Assembly: GCA_963665115.1 (NCBI GenBank)
Contig: OY762007.1
Span: forward strand, 3,712,001-3,776,000
Reading direction: 5' to 3'
Source: an uncultured Rivularia sp.
GTDB taxonomy: Bacteria > Cyanobacteriota > Cyanobacteriia > Cyanobacteriales > Nostocaceae
Length of the DNA: 64,000 bases
In this document: piece by piece, positions 31,647-42,620 of the stretch
Position numbering within the stretch: position 1 is the first letter of the stretch
Layout: every line of letters starts with the position of its first letter
Position numbers and translations under genes: made by a program
Notes under the pieces: model-generated
Databases searched by the model: none
The model's input: the letters and a program-made list of their open reading frames with translations, nothing else
Told to the model about the DNA's origin: nothing

Positions 31647-32211
31647 GTATGCTTAAAAATGATTTGAATAAGGGAACAGGGAACAGAAGAAAAAGACTCT
31701 ATAAGTAAATGATTTTATGATTAAAACTCATGACACTTATATATCAGGGCTTTACAAAGCTTTTTACCAGATACTAATTGCTAAAGAGCCATGAATTTTT
31801 AAATATTAATATAAAAGCGAGACAAAGTAATTGAATTGTACCTTCATATTGGGGTAGGACAAACACTTATAAATATGTGAAAAAAATCTGAGTTCCAATT
31901 CGGCAACCTCAGTATAAATTTCAAACTTGTTTTACCCTAACTTTACCAAATATGTTTATAAGCACCTTAGTATTGTGGTGTAAGGTATGTTTTTTATGAA
32001 TAATCAATTGACATTGCGATTAATTTTTAAAGACAACTGAAATAAATAAACAAAAAAATAAAGTTTTCAGATTTTCTTGTCTACAATTTTAATATGACGG
32101 CAATAGATTGAGATTAAAAGCTCAATATTTTTATCATCAATAACTGCTTTATGAATTTGTAAAAACTCATAACACTTATTGATGTTAAATTTTTTTAAAT
32201 CAGAGGATGAT

Positions 32212-33027
32212 ATGAAAAAGTATTTTGGATTGAGTCAAAGTTTTTTGATGTTAACAGCATCATGCATCGCTGGTTATGTATTCTCAGCTTCTCCAAGTAG
32301 GGCTGCGACATTTTCTTCATCTGAAACATCTTTGGTATTTACAGATTTTAGTCATAGTGCTTCAGATGCTTTCACCAAAACAATTGTTGACTCGATATCA
32401 ACTTCTCAAGAAGGTAAAGTAGAAGCGATAAGTGATGCGACAGCATTTATCGAAACCAATTTTCCGGTGGCAATAAATTCTTCTTTCAGTCTTGCTAACG
32501 GGGAAAGCAAAAACTATATGGGTTTGGCAAGCAGTAACTCTGAAATTAGAGGCATCTTTAATATTGAGGAAAATACTCTTTTCTCTTTTAATTTCATTGC
32601 CAATTTAACTTTGAGTACATCAATCGATAGCTATCCCGACGAAAATGCTCAAGCTAGTGGAGAAGTATCCTTTGCACTTTTTGATGTAAATAGAAATAAA
32701 AAATTAGATTTTTTCAATGCAAGTAGCGGTTTAACAACAAAAAGCGATAACGATTTTGTAAATTACAATAAACAGGGTGATATCACCTTGAACAATCCAT
32801 TTGCTATTTCAAATTTTGGTGATTGGGAAGAATCTGCTCAAATTTCAGTTGCGGGTTTTTATGAACGTAATTTTGAGACTAAAACAACTTTAGCTTTAGT
32901 TGCATTTACTAAGAATCAAGTTAAAGTTTCAGCACCCGAGCCTACAAATGGAGTAGCCTTATTGTTTTTAAGTAGTGCAATTATTGTCAGTATCAAATCC
33001 AAACGACGAAATAAAAGGTGGGTATAG
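32212..33027 (+). CDS. PEP-CTERM-type surface protein, paralog of 20041-20838
   Basis: GAGG RBS before ATG 32212; signal ending PSRA-AT; shared FSFNF...TSID..P.ENA.ASG..SFAL.D; C-terminal APEP, TM, KSKRRNKR. Confidence 0.85.
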   Translation: MKKYFGLSQSFLMLTASCIAGYVFSASPSRAATFSSSETSLVFTDFSHSASDAFTKTIVDSISTSQEGKVEAISDATAFIETNFPVAINSSFSLANGESKNYMGLASSNSEIRGIFNIEENTLFSFNFIANLTLSTSIDSYPDENAQASGEVSFALFDVNRNKKLDFFNASSGLTTKSDNDFVNYNKQGDITLNNPFAISNFGDWEESAQISVAGFYERNFETKTTLALVAFTKNQVKVSAPEPTNGVALLFLSSAIIVSIKSKRRNKRWV

Positions 33028-33091
33028 CCTTACTTTTTCTTAGCTTCTAAAGTTATATGGCTGAGTCGAACAGAAATCAAAACTGATTTAT

Positions 33092-34408
33092 TTAAGTGGA
33101 AGAAGCCAGTAAATTGTATTTTAATAATACATCGGCTGCCTGTTTAATTTCATCAAAAGCTATCCCCGATCTTTTGGCAATATCTAGCAAAGTATAATCG
33201 CCATCAGATAAATTCAAAACCCACAAGATTGCCATTCGACTTAGCCTTCTATTTTGAGAACCAGTATCTGCTTCATACAAGCCTCTTTTTCCTAATTGTG
33301 GCTCGCATTTAGGATTTTTATTGTAATAGGTTTGGTTATTTTCGAGAATATTAACTATGGTAATACATTTAGAAAATGATTCTGCAAGATATTGGGGTTG
33401 AACAAAAGTTAAATCATCTGCTGAAGTATGATATTCAGGAAAAGAATTATGTGGCGATCGCATTAAGCAACCGACAGGTAAATTAAATCCTGGGGAGCAA
33501 TATTGACGTTCATCATAGCCATAGGGAAAGAAGTCAATAACTTTATCGTCTTCGGCGCTATTACTGAGAACATAGGTAATAATATTATCGATTTCGGCAT
33601 CACCACGACGGCTTTTTTTATAGGTAAAATTACCATTATCTCCTAAACAAGTTAACACTAAGGCATGTTTGATTTGAGAAACGTTTTCTTCGTTTAGTGC
33701 CAGCCAAGTAATTGAACCAATGGTTCCAGGGATAAAGATAAATCTGTAAGAATAGTGTGGTGTAAATTGACTGAGATGTTTTGCTAAAAATACAGCAATT
33801 GAGATGCCAGAAAGATTATCATTGCAAAGTGAAGGATGACAAGCATGGCAAGAAATTAATACCTCTTCTGTAGTTTTTCCTGGTATAAAATATTCCCCAT
33901 AGCTAAGATGACCGGGTTCGAGAGAGGAATCAATATAAACTTCATATTCCTCATCTTGCAATTGCAAATATTGGTTGTGACTTAAGCAAAATCCCCAGAT
34001 TTCTTGATAATAGGAAGTCCGATAGGGAATCCACTCAGGAGATTCTGGAATTGTAAATAAGTGTTCTTTAAGTTCGGGAAGAGAAACTTTTTTATGAACG
34101 GGAATGCTGTAATTTATAACGTGTAAATTTGAATTAGCAAAATCTACAATTTTCTCACCTTGAGAATTTTTAATGTAAGCATCTTTAATATTCCATTCTT
34201 TAGGAACAGTCCAATCAAATACTTGAGTCCCTGTAGAAACTTCATGGACTTTTATGGGAATATGTTGTTGAATAATTCTTAATGTTTCTCTAAAGCCATT
34301 ACCCGTAATACTGCGACAAATCGGATATAGATCGCAGATTAACTGGTAGAGTTTTTCACCTATTTCTGAATTGCTATTTTGTAAATTGGGTAGAGTTTGT
34401 AGCTGCAT
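33092..34408 (-). CDS. DUF4910 family aminopeptidase-like protein of polysaccharide clusters
   Basis: PICRSITGNG, DWTVPKEW, PYRTSYY, HACHPSLCNDNLSG, DERQYCSPG, YHTSAD, C-terminal HTH. Confidence 0.88.
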   Translation of the reverse strand: MQLQTLPNLQNSNSEIGEKLYQLICDLYPICRSITGNGFRETLRIIQQHIPIKVHEVSTGTQVFDWTVPKEWNIKDAYIKNSQGEKIVDFANSNLHVINYSIPVHKKVSLPELKEHLFTIPESPEWIPYRTSYYQEIWGFCLSHNQYLQLQDEEYEVYIDSSLEPGHLSYGEYFIPGKTTEEVLISCHACHPSLCNDNLSGISIAVFLAKHLSQFTPHYSYRFIFIPGTIGSITWLALNEENVSQIKHALVLTCLGDNGNFTYKKSRRGDAEIDNIITYVLSNSAEDDKVIDFFPYGYDERQYCSPGFNLPVGCLMRSPHNSFPEYHTSADDLTFVQPQYLAESFSKCITIVNILENNQTYYNKNPKCEPQLGKRGLYEADTGSQNRRLSRMAILWVLNLSDGDYTLLDIAKRSGIAFDEIKQAADVLLKYNLLASST

Positions 34409-34434
34409 ATTTATGTATGTATTAATGAATGTGT

Positions 34435-35777
34435 TTAACAATATTTCCTAAACACGGGTTTCACCGGACGACCAATTAAATAATTTTCTATTCCATTTTC
34501 TAAGGCTTTTCGATAAACTTGCAAAGATTCATCAACTGCTGCGATGGTACTGTCAATATCTCGATCGCTATGAGAAAAACTGACTACAAGAGAAGGCATA
34601 ATTAACCCTCGTTTGATGGTTTCTTGCAGAAATAAAGTTCTAAATGCCTGAGATGCTTGTTTATTTAGATCGCGGGTTGCATAAACTAAATTACAAGGTT
34701 TGCCAACAACTTGAAAGTAATCTTGAAGTTGATGAGTGGCGATCGCCCGATTAATTCCTTTGCGTAATCTTTCCCCTTTTTGGTAAAGCTGCTCTATTAC
34801 GTCTTCTTGTCGAAAAACTTTCATGGTAGCAATCGCAGCAGCTAAAGCATGATTTTCGGCTCCGTGGGTACTAGAAAGCAGAAATACCCGCTCTTTGTCG
34901 TGGTAAATTCCGCCTAACTCCATAATTTCTCGTTTACCAACAAGCGCAGAAACAGCGAAACCATTTCCCATGCCTTTACCAAATGTTGATAAGTCGGGAA
35001 CAATACCATAATAATTTTGAGCGTTACCAGCTAACCAACGAAATCCTGTAATCATCTCATCCAAAATGAAAACAGCTCCATTTTCTTGACAGAGTTTTTG
35101 TACCTGATGCAGAAAATTGTCAGAGGGATCTTCATATTTAGCTGGTTCTAAAATTAGACAAGCAATCTTCCCTGGATAATTAGCAAAGACAGTTTTAACA
35201 CTTTCAATATCATTAAAATTGAATTTGACTGTCAAATCTTGAATAACTTGGGGAATGCCAGCAGATATGGGCGTGCTGCCAATGTACCAGTCATTGTAAG
35301 AAAAGAAAGGATGATTTCCACAAACCGCAACCATATCTCGTTTCGTGTAAGCCCTTGCCAGTGTAATTGCTGCGGTAGTAGTAGTTGAACCATCCTTAGC
35401 AAATTTGACCATTTCTGCGCCGGGAATCCAGCTAAGCAGAGCCTCGGCACATTCCATTTCAATAGTAGCTGGGCGGGTAAAATTATTGCCAAGCAGCATT
35501 TGTTGATAAGCTGCTTCCACCACAGGTGGATAAGCGTGTCCCCTAAAGTGACAGCGCGTAGCCCCATTCCGTATTCAATAAATTCATTATCATCGACATC
35601 CCATGCATGACATCCTTTACCTCTGACAATAAAGCCAGGTGAGGAAACTGGAAATTGATCGTCACCTTTGGCATAAGTATGGCAACCACCAGGAATCAAA
35701 GAATGGCTTTTTTGTTGTAAATCCTTCGATTGTTTAAAAGACTGTTTATTTGAAGTATTAAAGTTGGCTAAAGTCAT
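34435..35777 (-). pseudogene. Class III PLP aminotransferase (glutamate-1-semialdehyde aminomutase-like), split by one frameshift
   Basis: N half PGGCHTYAKGDDQ...GLRAVTLG continues as HAYPPVVEAA in another frame at the run 35540-35543; C half has DEMITGFR, TFGKGMGNG, SSTHG; may be a sequencing error. Confidence 0.85.
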
Positions 35778-35898
35778 ATTTATTCTGCCTATAATAAAGT
35801 TTGTAATTTTATCAATGATTTTTTTTCATAAAATGGGGCGTTGCGTTCCGTTAAAATTACACTTTATAACTAAAACATTTACCTATCTCCCATATATA

Positions 35899-36552
35899 TT
35901 AAAAAACTATTTTTCGACAATGAAATGCTTCGGAATAGTTACTTGGTGAATTAGATTCAATTCCTCGAATTCTTAAAATTGAACGAAAAGTTTCTTCTGT
36001 GAACCACTGTTTGTTCTTCTGTGTTGTAAAAGCATCCATCAAGTATTTTATTTTTCGACGACAGAGTGCTTCATCTAAATGTACAAAGAAGTTGGGAATT
36101 CCTAAATCCCCATCATATTTGGGAATTTCATATTCTAAAATCAAATGATTTCTAAAAGTGTTCCAGGTGAAGTCAGAAATTAAACGATGGTCTTGATGTC
36201 TGTCTTGTCGGTAATGAGTAAAAATCAAATCGGGCGAAAATTCTTGTTTTAATTCTTCAAAGCATTCTTTCACTTCTTTACCTTGGAAAGATAGGAAGCC
36301 ATCTTGAAAATTTTTAATTACTACTTTCTTTTGCGATACTTCCTTTAAAAAGGTATTGCTACTTACCCTAGCCTCAAGCGCTCTTTGCTCGTTGGAACTA
36401 AAAACTACCCAAGAAATAGTAATATTACTATAGTTTTCAATCAGTTTTAAAACTGTACCACCACAGCCAATTTCAATGTCATCGCAGTGGGCACCCAAAC
36501 AAAGAATTTTTAGTTCGGATTTTTCAGATTTATTAAAATCAATTTTGATCAT
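35899..36552 (-). CDS. PIG-L/LmbE family deacetylase
   Basis: GAHCDDIEIGCGG, DRHQDH, YEIPKYDGD motifs; start 36552 or 36585. Confidence 0.9.
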   Translation of the reverse strand: MIKIDFNKSEKSELKILCLGAHCDDIEIGCGGTVLKLIENYSNITISWVVFSSNEQRALEARVSSNTFLKEVSQKKVVIKNFQDGFLSFQGKEVKECFEELKQEFSPDLIFTHYRQDRHQDHRLISDFTWNTFRNHLILEYEIPKYDGDLGIPNFFVHLDEALCRRKIKYLMDAFTTQKNKQWFTEETFRSILRIRGIESNSPSNYSEAFHCRKIVF

Positions 36553-36594
36553 AAACAAGATATTATTAAGAAAACATTTGGACAAAAAAGATTT

Positions 36595-37386
36595 TCAAGC
36601 AACCTCTAATTGCTGATTTCTCCAAACTTCCCAAGGTGTTTCTCCTTGAGCATACATATCATCTAACTGCTGCTTTTCTTTGAAAGTATCCATAACCCCA
36701 AAAAAGCCAGTATATTTGTAAGAAAATAGTTGTTGTCTGGCAATTAATCTTTGGAAAGGTTCAAGAACAAGTTCTTCTCCTTGATTAATATATTTAAAAA
36801 TCTCTTTCTTAAAGATAAAATAGCCACCATTTATCCATATATCGCGATTTTTAACATCCTGAATATCTTTAACTAAACCATCTTCATCCATATCAACTAA
36901 GTGAAAGCTTTGGCTAGGGCGCACGCATAGGAAACTAGCAATTTTATCGATTTTATGAAAATTTTCAATGTATGTTGGTAGATGTAAATCTGTCAAACCA
37001 TCGCTATAGTTAGCTAAAAATACATCTTCGCCTTCTAAATATTTTTCAACTGCTTTAAATCTTTCACCAATATTAGCAGTTAAACCTGTATCGACAAAAG
37101 TAATATTCCAATCTTCAATATCGCTATTAAATAACTTAATATTTCCTCCATTGGACAAAGTAAAATTGTTAGAAAGCCACTCATTATAATTCAAAAAATA
37201 ACTTTTGATTAAATCGGCTTTATAACCCAAACATAAAATAAAATCTTTATGACCGTAATGTGCATAGTATTTCATCACTTGCCATAGTATCGGTCGATAG
37301 CCAATATTTACCATTGGTTTGGGGATGCTTTCCGAATATTCTCTCATTCTTGTACCAAAACCGCCGCAAAATAAAACTACTTTCAT
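36595..37386 (-). CDS. rfbF: Glucose-1-phosphate cytidylyltransferase
   Basis: CGGFGTRMRE...PKPMV, LCLGYK, VDTG, WINGGYF, MDTFKE. Confidence 0.88.
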   Translation of the reverse strand: MKVVLFCGGFGTRMREYSESIPKPMVNIGYRPILWQVMKYYAHYGHKDFILCLGYKADLIKSYFLNYNEWLSNNFTLSNGGNIKLFNSDIEDWNITFVDTGLTANIGERFKAVEKYLEGEDVFLANYSDGLTDLHLPTYIENFHKIDKIASFLCVRPSQSFHLVDMDEDGLVKDIQDVKNRDIWINGGYFIFKKEIFKYINQGEELVLEPFQRLIARQQLFSYKYTGFFGVMDTFKEKQQLDDMYAQGETPWEVWRNQQLEVA

Positions 37387-37563
37387 ATTTGTTACCTGTT
37401 GATTTAAATACGTTTGATTTGAGCGATAACTTAATAGAACTAATTATTAGTAGATACTAAGTAGGTTGGGATTAAAAATAGTAATTTGGAATAGGGAATA
37501 GAAAATGTACTAAGTCTTTTAAGCGCACGCTACACGAACAAAATTTCAATAGTAATTATATGT

Positions 37564-37666
37564 TAAGCTGTTACGCATTTAATTTGTATTTGACTAGCGG
37601 GAAAGATGCCCGCACTACAAGAATTTGATATTTTAGTTTTATACAATTCAGTTGCACATCAGCTTA
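37564..37666. repeat. Small dispersed inverted-repeat element (TAAGCTG...CAGCTTA)
   Basis: Inverted ends around a central GCGGG-AAAGATG-CCCGC hairpin. Confidence 0.5.
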
Positions 37667-37715
37667 TTAATAAGTATTTATCTGTTCCCTATTCTCCGTT
37701 CCCTTTTATTCAACT

Positions 37716-38957
37716 TTACGAATAAACTTTTACTTCTGGAATTGGTACAACAAATTGACCTCCCCAATCCCGGATATAAGCCATTTGTGACATAATTTCA
37801 TCTTTAAGGTTCCAAGGTAAAATTAATAGATAATCTGGCTTTGTTTCTTGAATTGTATCTGGATGAAAAATTGGAATATGAGTTCCTGGTAAATAAAGAC
37901 CTTGTTTGTGAGGGCTGCGATCTACTGTATAATCAAGAAAATCTGTACGAATACCGCAGTAGTTTAATAGGGTATTTCCTTTTCCCGGAGCGCCATAACC
38001 AACAATTGATTTCCCCTCACTTTTGACTTTAATTAGGAAATTTAGCAATTTATGTTTGGTTTCTTTTACCTGTTGCCCAAAAGAAAAATATGTTTGTAAA
38101 TCTGTAAAACCAGCAGTTTTTTCTCTAGTTTTTAGCTCTAATATTTTTTCAGTAACGGGTTGAGAATTATTTTCTGTATGGCGAGCATAAATTCTTAAGG
38201 AACCACCGTGAGTTGGTAATTCTTCAACATCGAAAATAGTTAAACCGTGATTTGCAAATACTTTTTCAACAGTTAGGTAAGAAAAGTAAGAAAAGTGTTC
38301 GTGATAAATTGTATCAAACTGGTTTTCCTCCATCAATTTCATCAAATGGGGAAATTCCATTGTAATTACTCCTTGGGGTTTAAGAATAATTTTCATCCCT
38401 TTAACAAAATCATTGAGATAGGGAGTATGAGCAAGAACATTATTACCCAGCAATAAGTCAGCACCTACTCCTTTTTCAGCTTGTTCTCTAGCTGTTTCTT
38501 CTCCGAAAAATTTAACAACGGTAGGAATACCTTTTTTAATTGCGACTTTAGCAATATTTCCTGCTGGTTCGATTCCTAATGTCGGTATATTTTTAGCAAC
38601 AAAATACTGCAATAAATAACCATCGTTACTAGCTATTTCTACTACCTGATTTCGGTTACTTAATTTGAAGCGTTCAACTGCCATCTCAACGTAGTTTTTA
38701 GCGTGTTGCAACCAGCTATCGGAATAAGAGGAAAAATAAGCATAGTCGCTAAATATATTTTCGGGAGTAATATATTCTTGTAGCTGCACTAAAAAACATT
38801 TGTGGCAAACATAAGCGTGTAATGGGTAAAACGCTTCCATTTGGTTTTTCTGTTCCGGTTTGCGATAGCTTTCACAAGGAGGAGACATCCCTAAATCTAC
38901 AAATGTATGCTGTAATTCTGTACCGCAGGATAAGCAGTTTCCTTGATGTTTTTGCAT
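37716..38957 (-). CDS. NDP-hexose C-methyltransferase (Zn site plus SAM domain)
   Basis: CLSC...CHKC, EIASNDGYLL, FDTIYHEH, THGGSLR, GYGAPGKGNT, ILPWN. Confidence 0.9.
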   Translation of the reverse strand: MQKHQGNCLSCGTELQHTFVDLGMSPPCESYRKPEQKNQMEAFYPLHAYVCHKCFLVQLQEYITPENIFSDYAYFSSYSDSWLQHAKNYVEMAVERFKLSNRNQVVEIASNDGYLLQYFVAKNIPTLGIEPAGNIAKVAIKKGIPTVVKFFGEETAREQAEKGVGADLLLGNNVLAHTPYLNDFVKGMKIILKPQGVITMEFPHLMKLMEENQFDTIYHEHFSYFSYLTVEKVFANHGLTIFDVEELPTHGGSLRIYARHTENNSQPVTEKILELKTREKTAGFTDLQTYFSFGQQVKETKHKLLNFLIKVKSEGKSIVGYGAPGKGNTLLNYCGIRTDFLDYTVDRSPHKQGLYLPGTHIPIFHPDTIQETKPDYLLILPWNLKDEIMSQMAYIRDWGGQFVVPIPEVKVYS

Positions 38958-39036
38958 TGTTAAATTAGTTAATTAAATTTTTGAATTAAAGGAATAGGGA
39001 GTAGGAACTGAGGAGTTAGAAATTAGGAATTAAATA

Positions 39037-40933
39037 TTAAATATTAAGAGCAATCAAATTAGAGGCTATGGCTTCTCTTACAGGAAGTGCATCATCCTGA
39101 GCTAGCCTGTTAAACAATTTGTCTACCGATTGAGAAGTTCTATCTATTTTTAAAGCTGATTCAATAATGGTTAGCGTACCTGGCAAATTACCGTTCTTTA
39201 ACGGAATAAAGGCATGAGCTAAACAATAATTAAAGTTTTGAATGCGAGCTTGGGCTGTAATTTTTGCTCGTTTGTCTACAGGTAAATAGCTATGTGAAAT
39301 TTCGATGGCTTTTTGAACTTCTATTGCCATATCCCCGGAATTCCAGCTATAAGAAGTTTCGCTACTAGAATGAACCCGAAAACGAGCTAAAACATCTGGC
39401 TCGTACCACCAATCATAAAAAGCTGCAATACGTTTGTGAAGCTCCCAATCGTTAATATGAGGTATTTCGCAACTATATCCTCCCAACTGCTCGTGAGTTG
39501 TTCGACGAATTACAAGGGATGGTGTCATTACTAAACCGCAAACTCCAATATGCGATAACCAATCTTGCAAAATCCCCTTTTGTTCCTTGTACAACAAGTT
39601 TATTTCTCCCTGGATTCGGGCTTTACCGTTTTCGTTGATATATTCATAGCCAGTACAAGCTGCTCCGACACTATAGGGACAATCCTTAAGACTCTGCTGA
39701 AGTCGGGAATAAAAGCCATAGCAAACTGAGTCGTCATCATGTAAAACGTGAACCCATTCACCTCGGCTCAAGGAAATTCCTACATTCATATTGTTGGTAG
39801 AGCCGATATTCTCAGAATTGCGATAGTAGCGAACTATTCCTCCTGCTAAAGCATCGATTAATTCATGAATGGATGATGTACTGGCATTATCCATTACTAG
39901 AATTTCCATATTTGCTTCCCCAGTCCCACTGCAACAGCACGCTTGCAAGACATTCAAGTATATATTCGGTGCGGTTGTATACCGGAATTACCACAGTCCA
40001 GAAAGGTTGCGGTTTCTCTGGCTCCCTCAGAGGTGGAATTGCCCGAAACTGATAATTTCCAATTTTTACTTTATCTTGAGGAATCGAAGGAGTTATCTGG
40101 ATGGAACAACTTTGATGAGTTTTAATAGCTTTTGCATAGTTAGGATTAAGTAAAGTTAAACCCTGACGATATATTGAAAGTGCCTCAACTAAATTGTTTT
40201 GGGCTTGATAAATTTGACCTAAGCGATTGTAAATATCCCAGTTTTCCGAATTAAGTTTTAAAGCTTGATTGTAAAATGCACAAGCTTCTGCAAATTTTTC
40301 TTGTTCCTGCAATACTATACCTAAACTGTAGTAAAACTCCCAATTACCTGGATGTAAAACTATAGCTTGCTGATAGTAAGCAATTGCGTTGTTTAAATCT
40401 CCTGCCTGCTTGCGGTTAAGACCCAACTGATGATTCAATCGAGAATATAATGGTCGTTTATCTTCTGAAAGTTGACCTTGAGCGTATAAAGCATTCCCCA
40501 AATTCACATATGCTTCCCTACAGTCTGGCTGAATTTCTAGAGCTTTTTTATAAGATGCGATCGCGTTTTCCCACTTACCCAATTTTTGTAAAGCATAACC
40601 AAGATTATTGTGCAGTGGTGCGATATTACAACCCGCAGCTAAAGCGTTTTCGTAAGCATCTACAGCTTGAGAAAATTCCTTATAGGATTGATAGCAATTT
40701 CCTAAAGTATGCCATCTAAATGCGTTTGGCTGTAATCGTACTGCTGCTTCCAGGAATTCCTTGGCATTTTGGGACTCACCTTTTTGCAGTGTTATTAAGC
40801 CTAATCCATGTAAAGCATCGGGTTGAAGGGGCACAATTTCTAATATCCGGCGATATATCTGTTCCGCTTGCTTTAACCGATTGGCAGAATAATGTTGAAC
40901 CGCTGTTTTTAAGGCTTCAGAAATGGTTGCCAT
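39037..40933 (-). pseudogene. TPR plus GT2 glycosyltransferase, split by a +1 frameshift
   Basis: TPR repeats then WTVVIPVYNR...ECLASVLLQW; removing one G at 39925-39927 restores QWTGEANMEI matching paralog QWTGKEEMEI; LHDDD in C half; may be a sequencing error. Confidence 0.85.
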
Positions 40934-41033
40934 AGTTTAAATTTTTTATAGCTTAAATTTTTTATAAAAGTTAATCCCTTTTCCCTATCCAAACGAAATA
41001 CTAAATTAAAAATTAAAAATTAAAAATTAAAAA

Positions 41034-42554
41034 TTAATTTCGCATGGGTGCTTGTACTTTCAAACCTTCTGAAAGCAGTCTGGAAACTATTTCATTCCGT
41101 AAAACAGATAATTCATCTCGTTTTAGCCAAGAGAATAACTTTGTTACGGATTGTGGGGAATTCTCAATTTTGAGAGCTTCTTGTATTAAAAGAAGTGCGC
41201 CGGATAATTTACCAGCTTTTAAAGGAATTATGGCATTATTTAGACAGCAAGCAAAGTGATAATGCCTAGATTTTACAGTTATTTCATCAGATAAATATTT
41301 TTCTGAAACTTCTATGGCTCTGCGGATATCAGTTCCCCTTGAGCCTGAAAGCATAGAATCTGTTGTGATATTTTGAGAATGTTCGCGATAACAAGCCAAA
41401 ATTTCCGGTTCGTACCACCAATCATAGAAGGCTGTAACGCGCTTATAGAACTCCCAGTCGCCAGTATAATTTAATTCGGGTAAATATCCTCCCAACCGTT
41501 CGTAAGTAGAACGACGTACCACCACTGCGGGCATATTCAATGGATTTGTGATGCCAATTCGTTCTGCAAAATCTTTAATAATTCTTCGTTGTTGCTCGTA
41601 AATTTGCTGAGAAAAAATTACCTTTCCCCGCTCGTTGACGTTTTGATAGTTAGTGAAAGCTGCTCCTACAGAATCTGGAGATTGTTCTAAAGATTCTCGA
41701 AGACGGCTGTAGAAACTAGGAAGCACGTAGTCATCATCGTGAAGTAGGTGAATCCATTTTCCTTTACTAATCGCAACTGCTGTATTAAAGTTCCGATAAG
41801 CTCCTCGATTTTTGCTATTACGATAGTAGCTAATAATACCTATACCCAGTTCATCGACTAAATCCCTCAGAGAAATAGGGCTATTATCGTCAACAATAAT
41901 AATCTCCATTTCTTCTTTGCCAGTCCACTGGGTGAGTATACTTACCAAACACTCAAGTATGTAATTAACTCGTTCGTTGTTACTGTAAACGGGAAGTACA
42001 ACGCTCCAGAAGGGACGTTTACTTAATTTAGCGACTCCTGGAATTTCAGGAAACCGATAATTGCTCACAGATACTTCTCCTTGATGTTCGGGTGGAGTCA
42101 CCGAAACTGTTTTTGGAACTTCTAAGTTTGTTCTATTTTGTAAAACTTCAGCATAGTGAGGATTTATTAAACTAATGCCTTGACGATAAGCTGAAATCGC
42201 ATCTTGTAAATTACCTTGTTGTTGGTAAGCTTTTCCTAATAGCAGATGAAATTCACCATTATTAGGATTTAGCTTGATTACTTTTTGATAAAAGGCGATC
42301 GCGCTTTTTAAATCTCCCTGAGTTTGATGCAAACTAGCTAAATTATATAAAGCTTGTAGGTGTAATGGTTGTTTTTCAAGAACTTGATAATAAAGCTGTT
42401 TGGCATCTGCGAAACGATTACCTAGTTGATGTTTAACGGCAAGTTCAACAATTGCATCGGTTCCTAATCCTTGCTCCGATTCAACTTCATTCTCTTGTGC
42501 TGCGACTTGTATAGAAGTATTTAGGTTATATTCAGAAATATTTTTAGTATTCAT
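41034..42554 (-). CDS. TPR plus GT2 glycosyltransferase
   Basis: N-terminal TPRs; WSVVLPVY, IIVDDNS, LLHDDD, GDWE. Confidence 0.9.
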   Translation of the reverse strand: MNTKNISEYNLNTSIQVAAQENEVESEQGLGTDAIVELAVKHQLGNRFADAKQLYYQVLEKQPLHLQALYNLASLHQTQGDLKSAIAFYQKVIKLNPNNGEFHLLLGKAYQQQGNLQDAISAYRQGISLINPHYAEVLQNRTNLEVPKTVSVTPPEHQGEVSVSNYRFPEIPGVAKLSKRPFWSVVLPVYSNNERVNYILECLVSILTQWTGKEEMEIIIVDDNSPISLRDLVDELGIGIISYYRNSKNRGAYRNFNTAVAISKGKWIHLLHDDDYVLPSFYSRLRESLEQSPDSVGAAFTNYQNVNERGKVIFSQQIYEQQRRIIKDFAERIGITNPLNMPAVVVRRSTYERLGGYLPELNYTGDWEFYKRVTAFYDWWYEPEILACYREHSQNITTDSMLSGSRGTDIRRAIEVSEKYLSDEITVKSRHYHFACCLNNAIIPLKAGKLSGALLLIQEALKIENSPQSVTKLFSWLKRDELSVLRNEIVSRLLSEGLKVQAPMRN

Positions 42555-42620
42555 ATTTAAGTGAAAAATTTAATAATTTAATTTATTTAGTGATATTGCT
42601 TATTCCCACTATTCCCTACT

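Noticed and set aside
34435..35777. Housekeeping hemL
   Set aside because: Context is a sugar-nucleotide operon and the N-terminus (GGCHTYAKGDDQ) differs from the HemL GGVNSPVRAF-type motif
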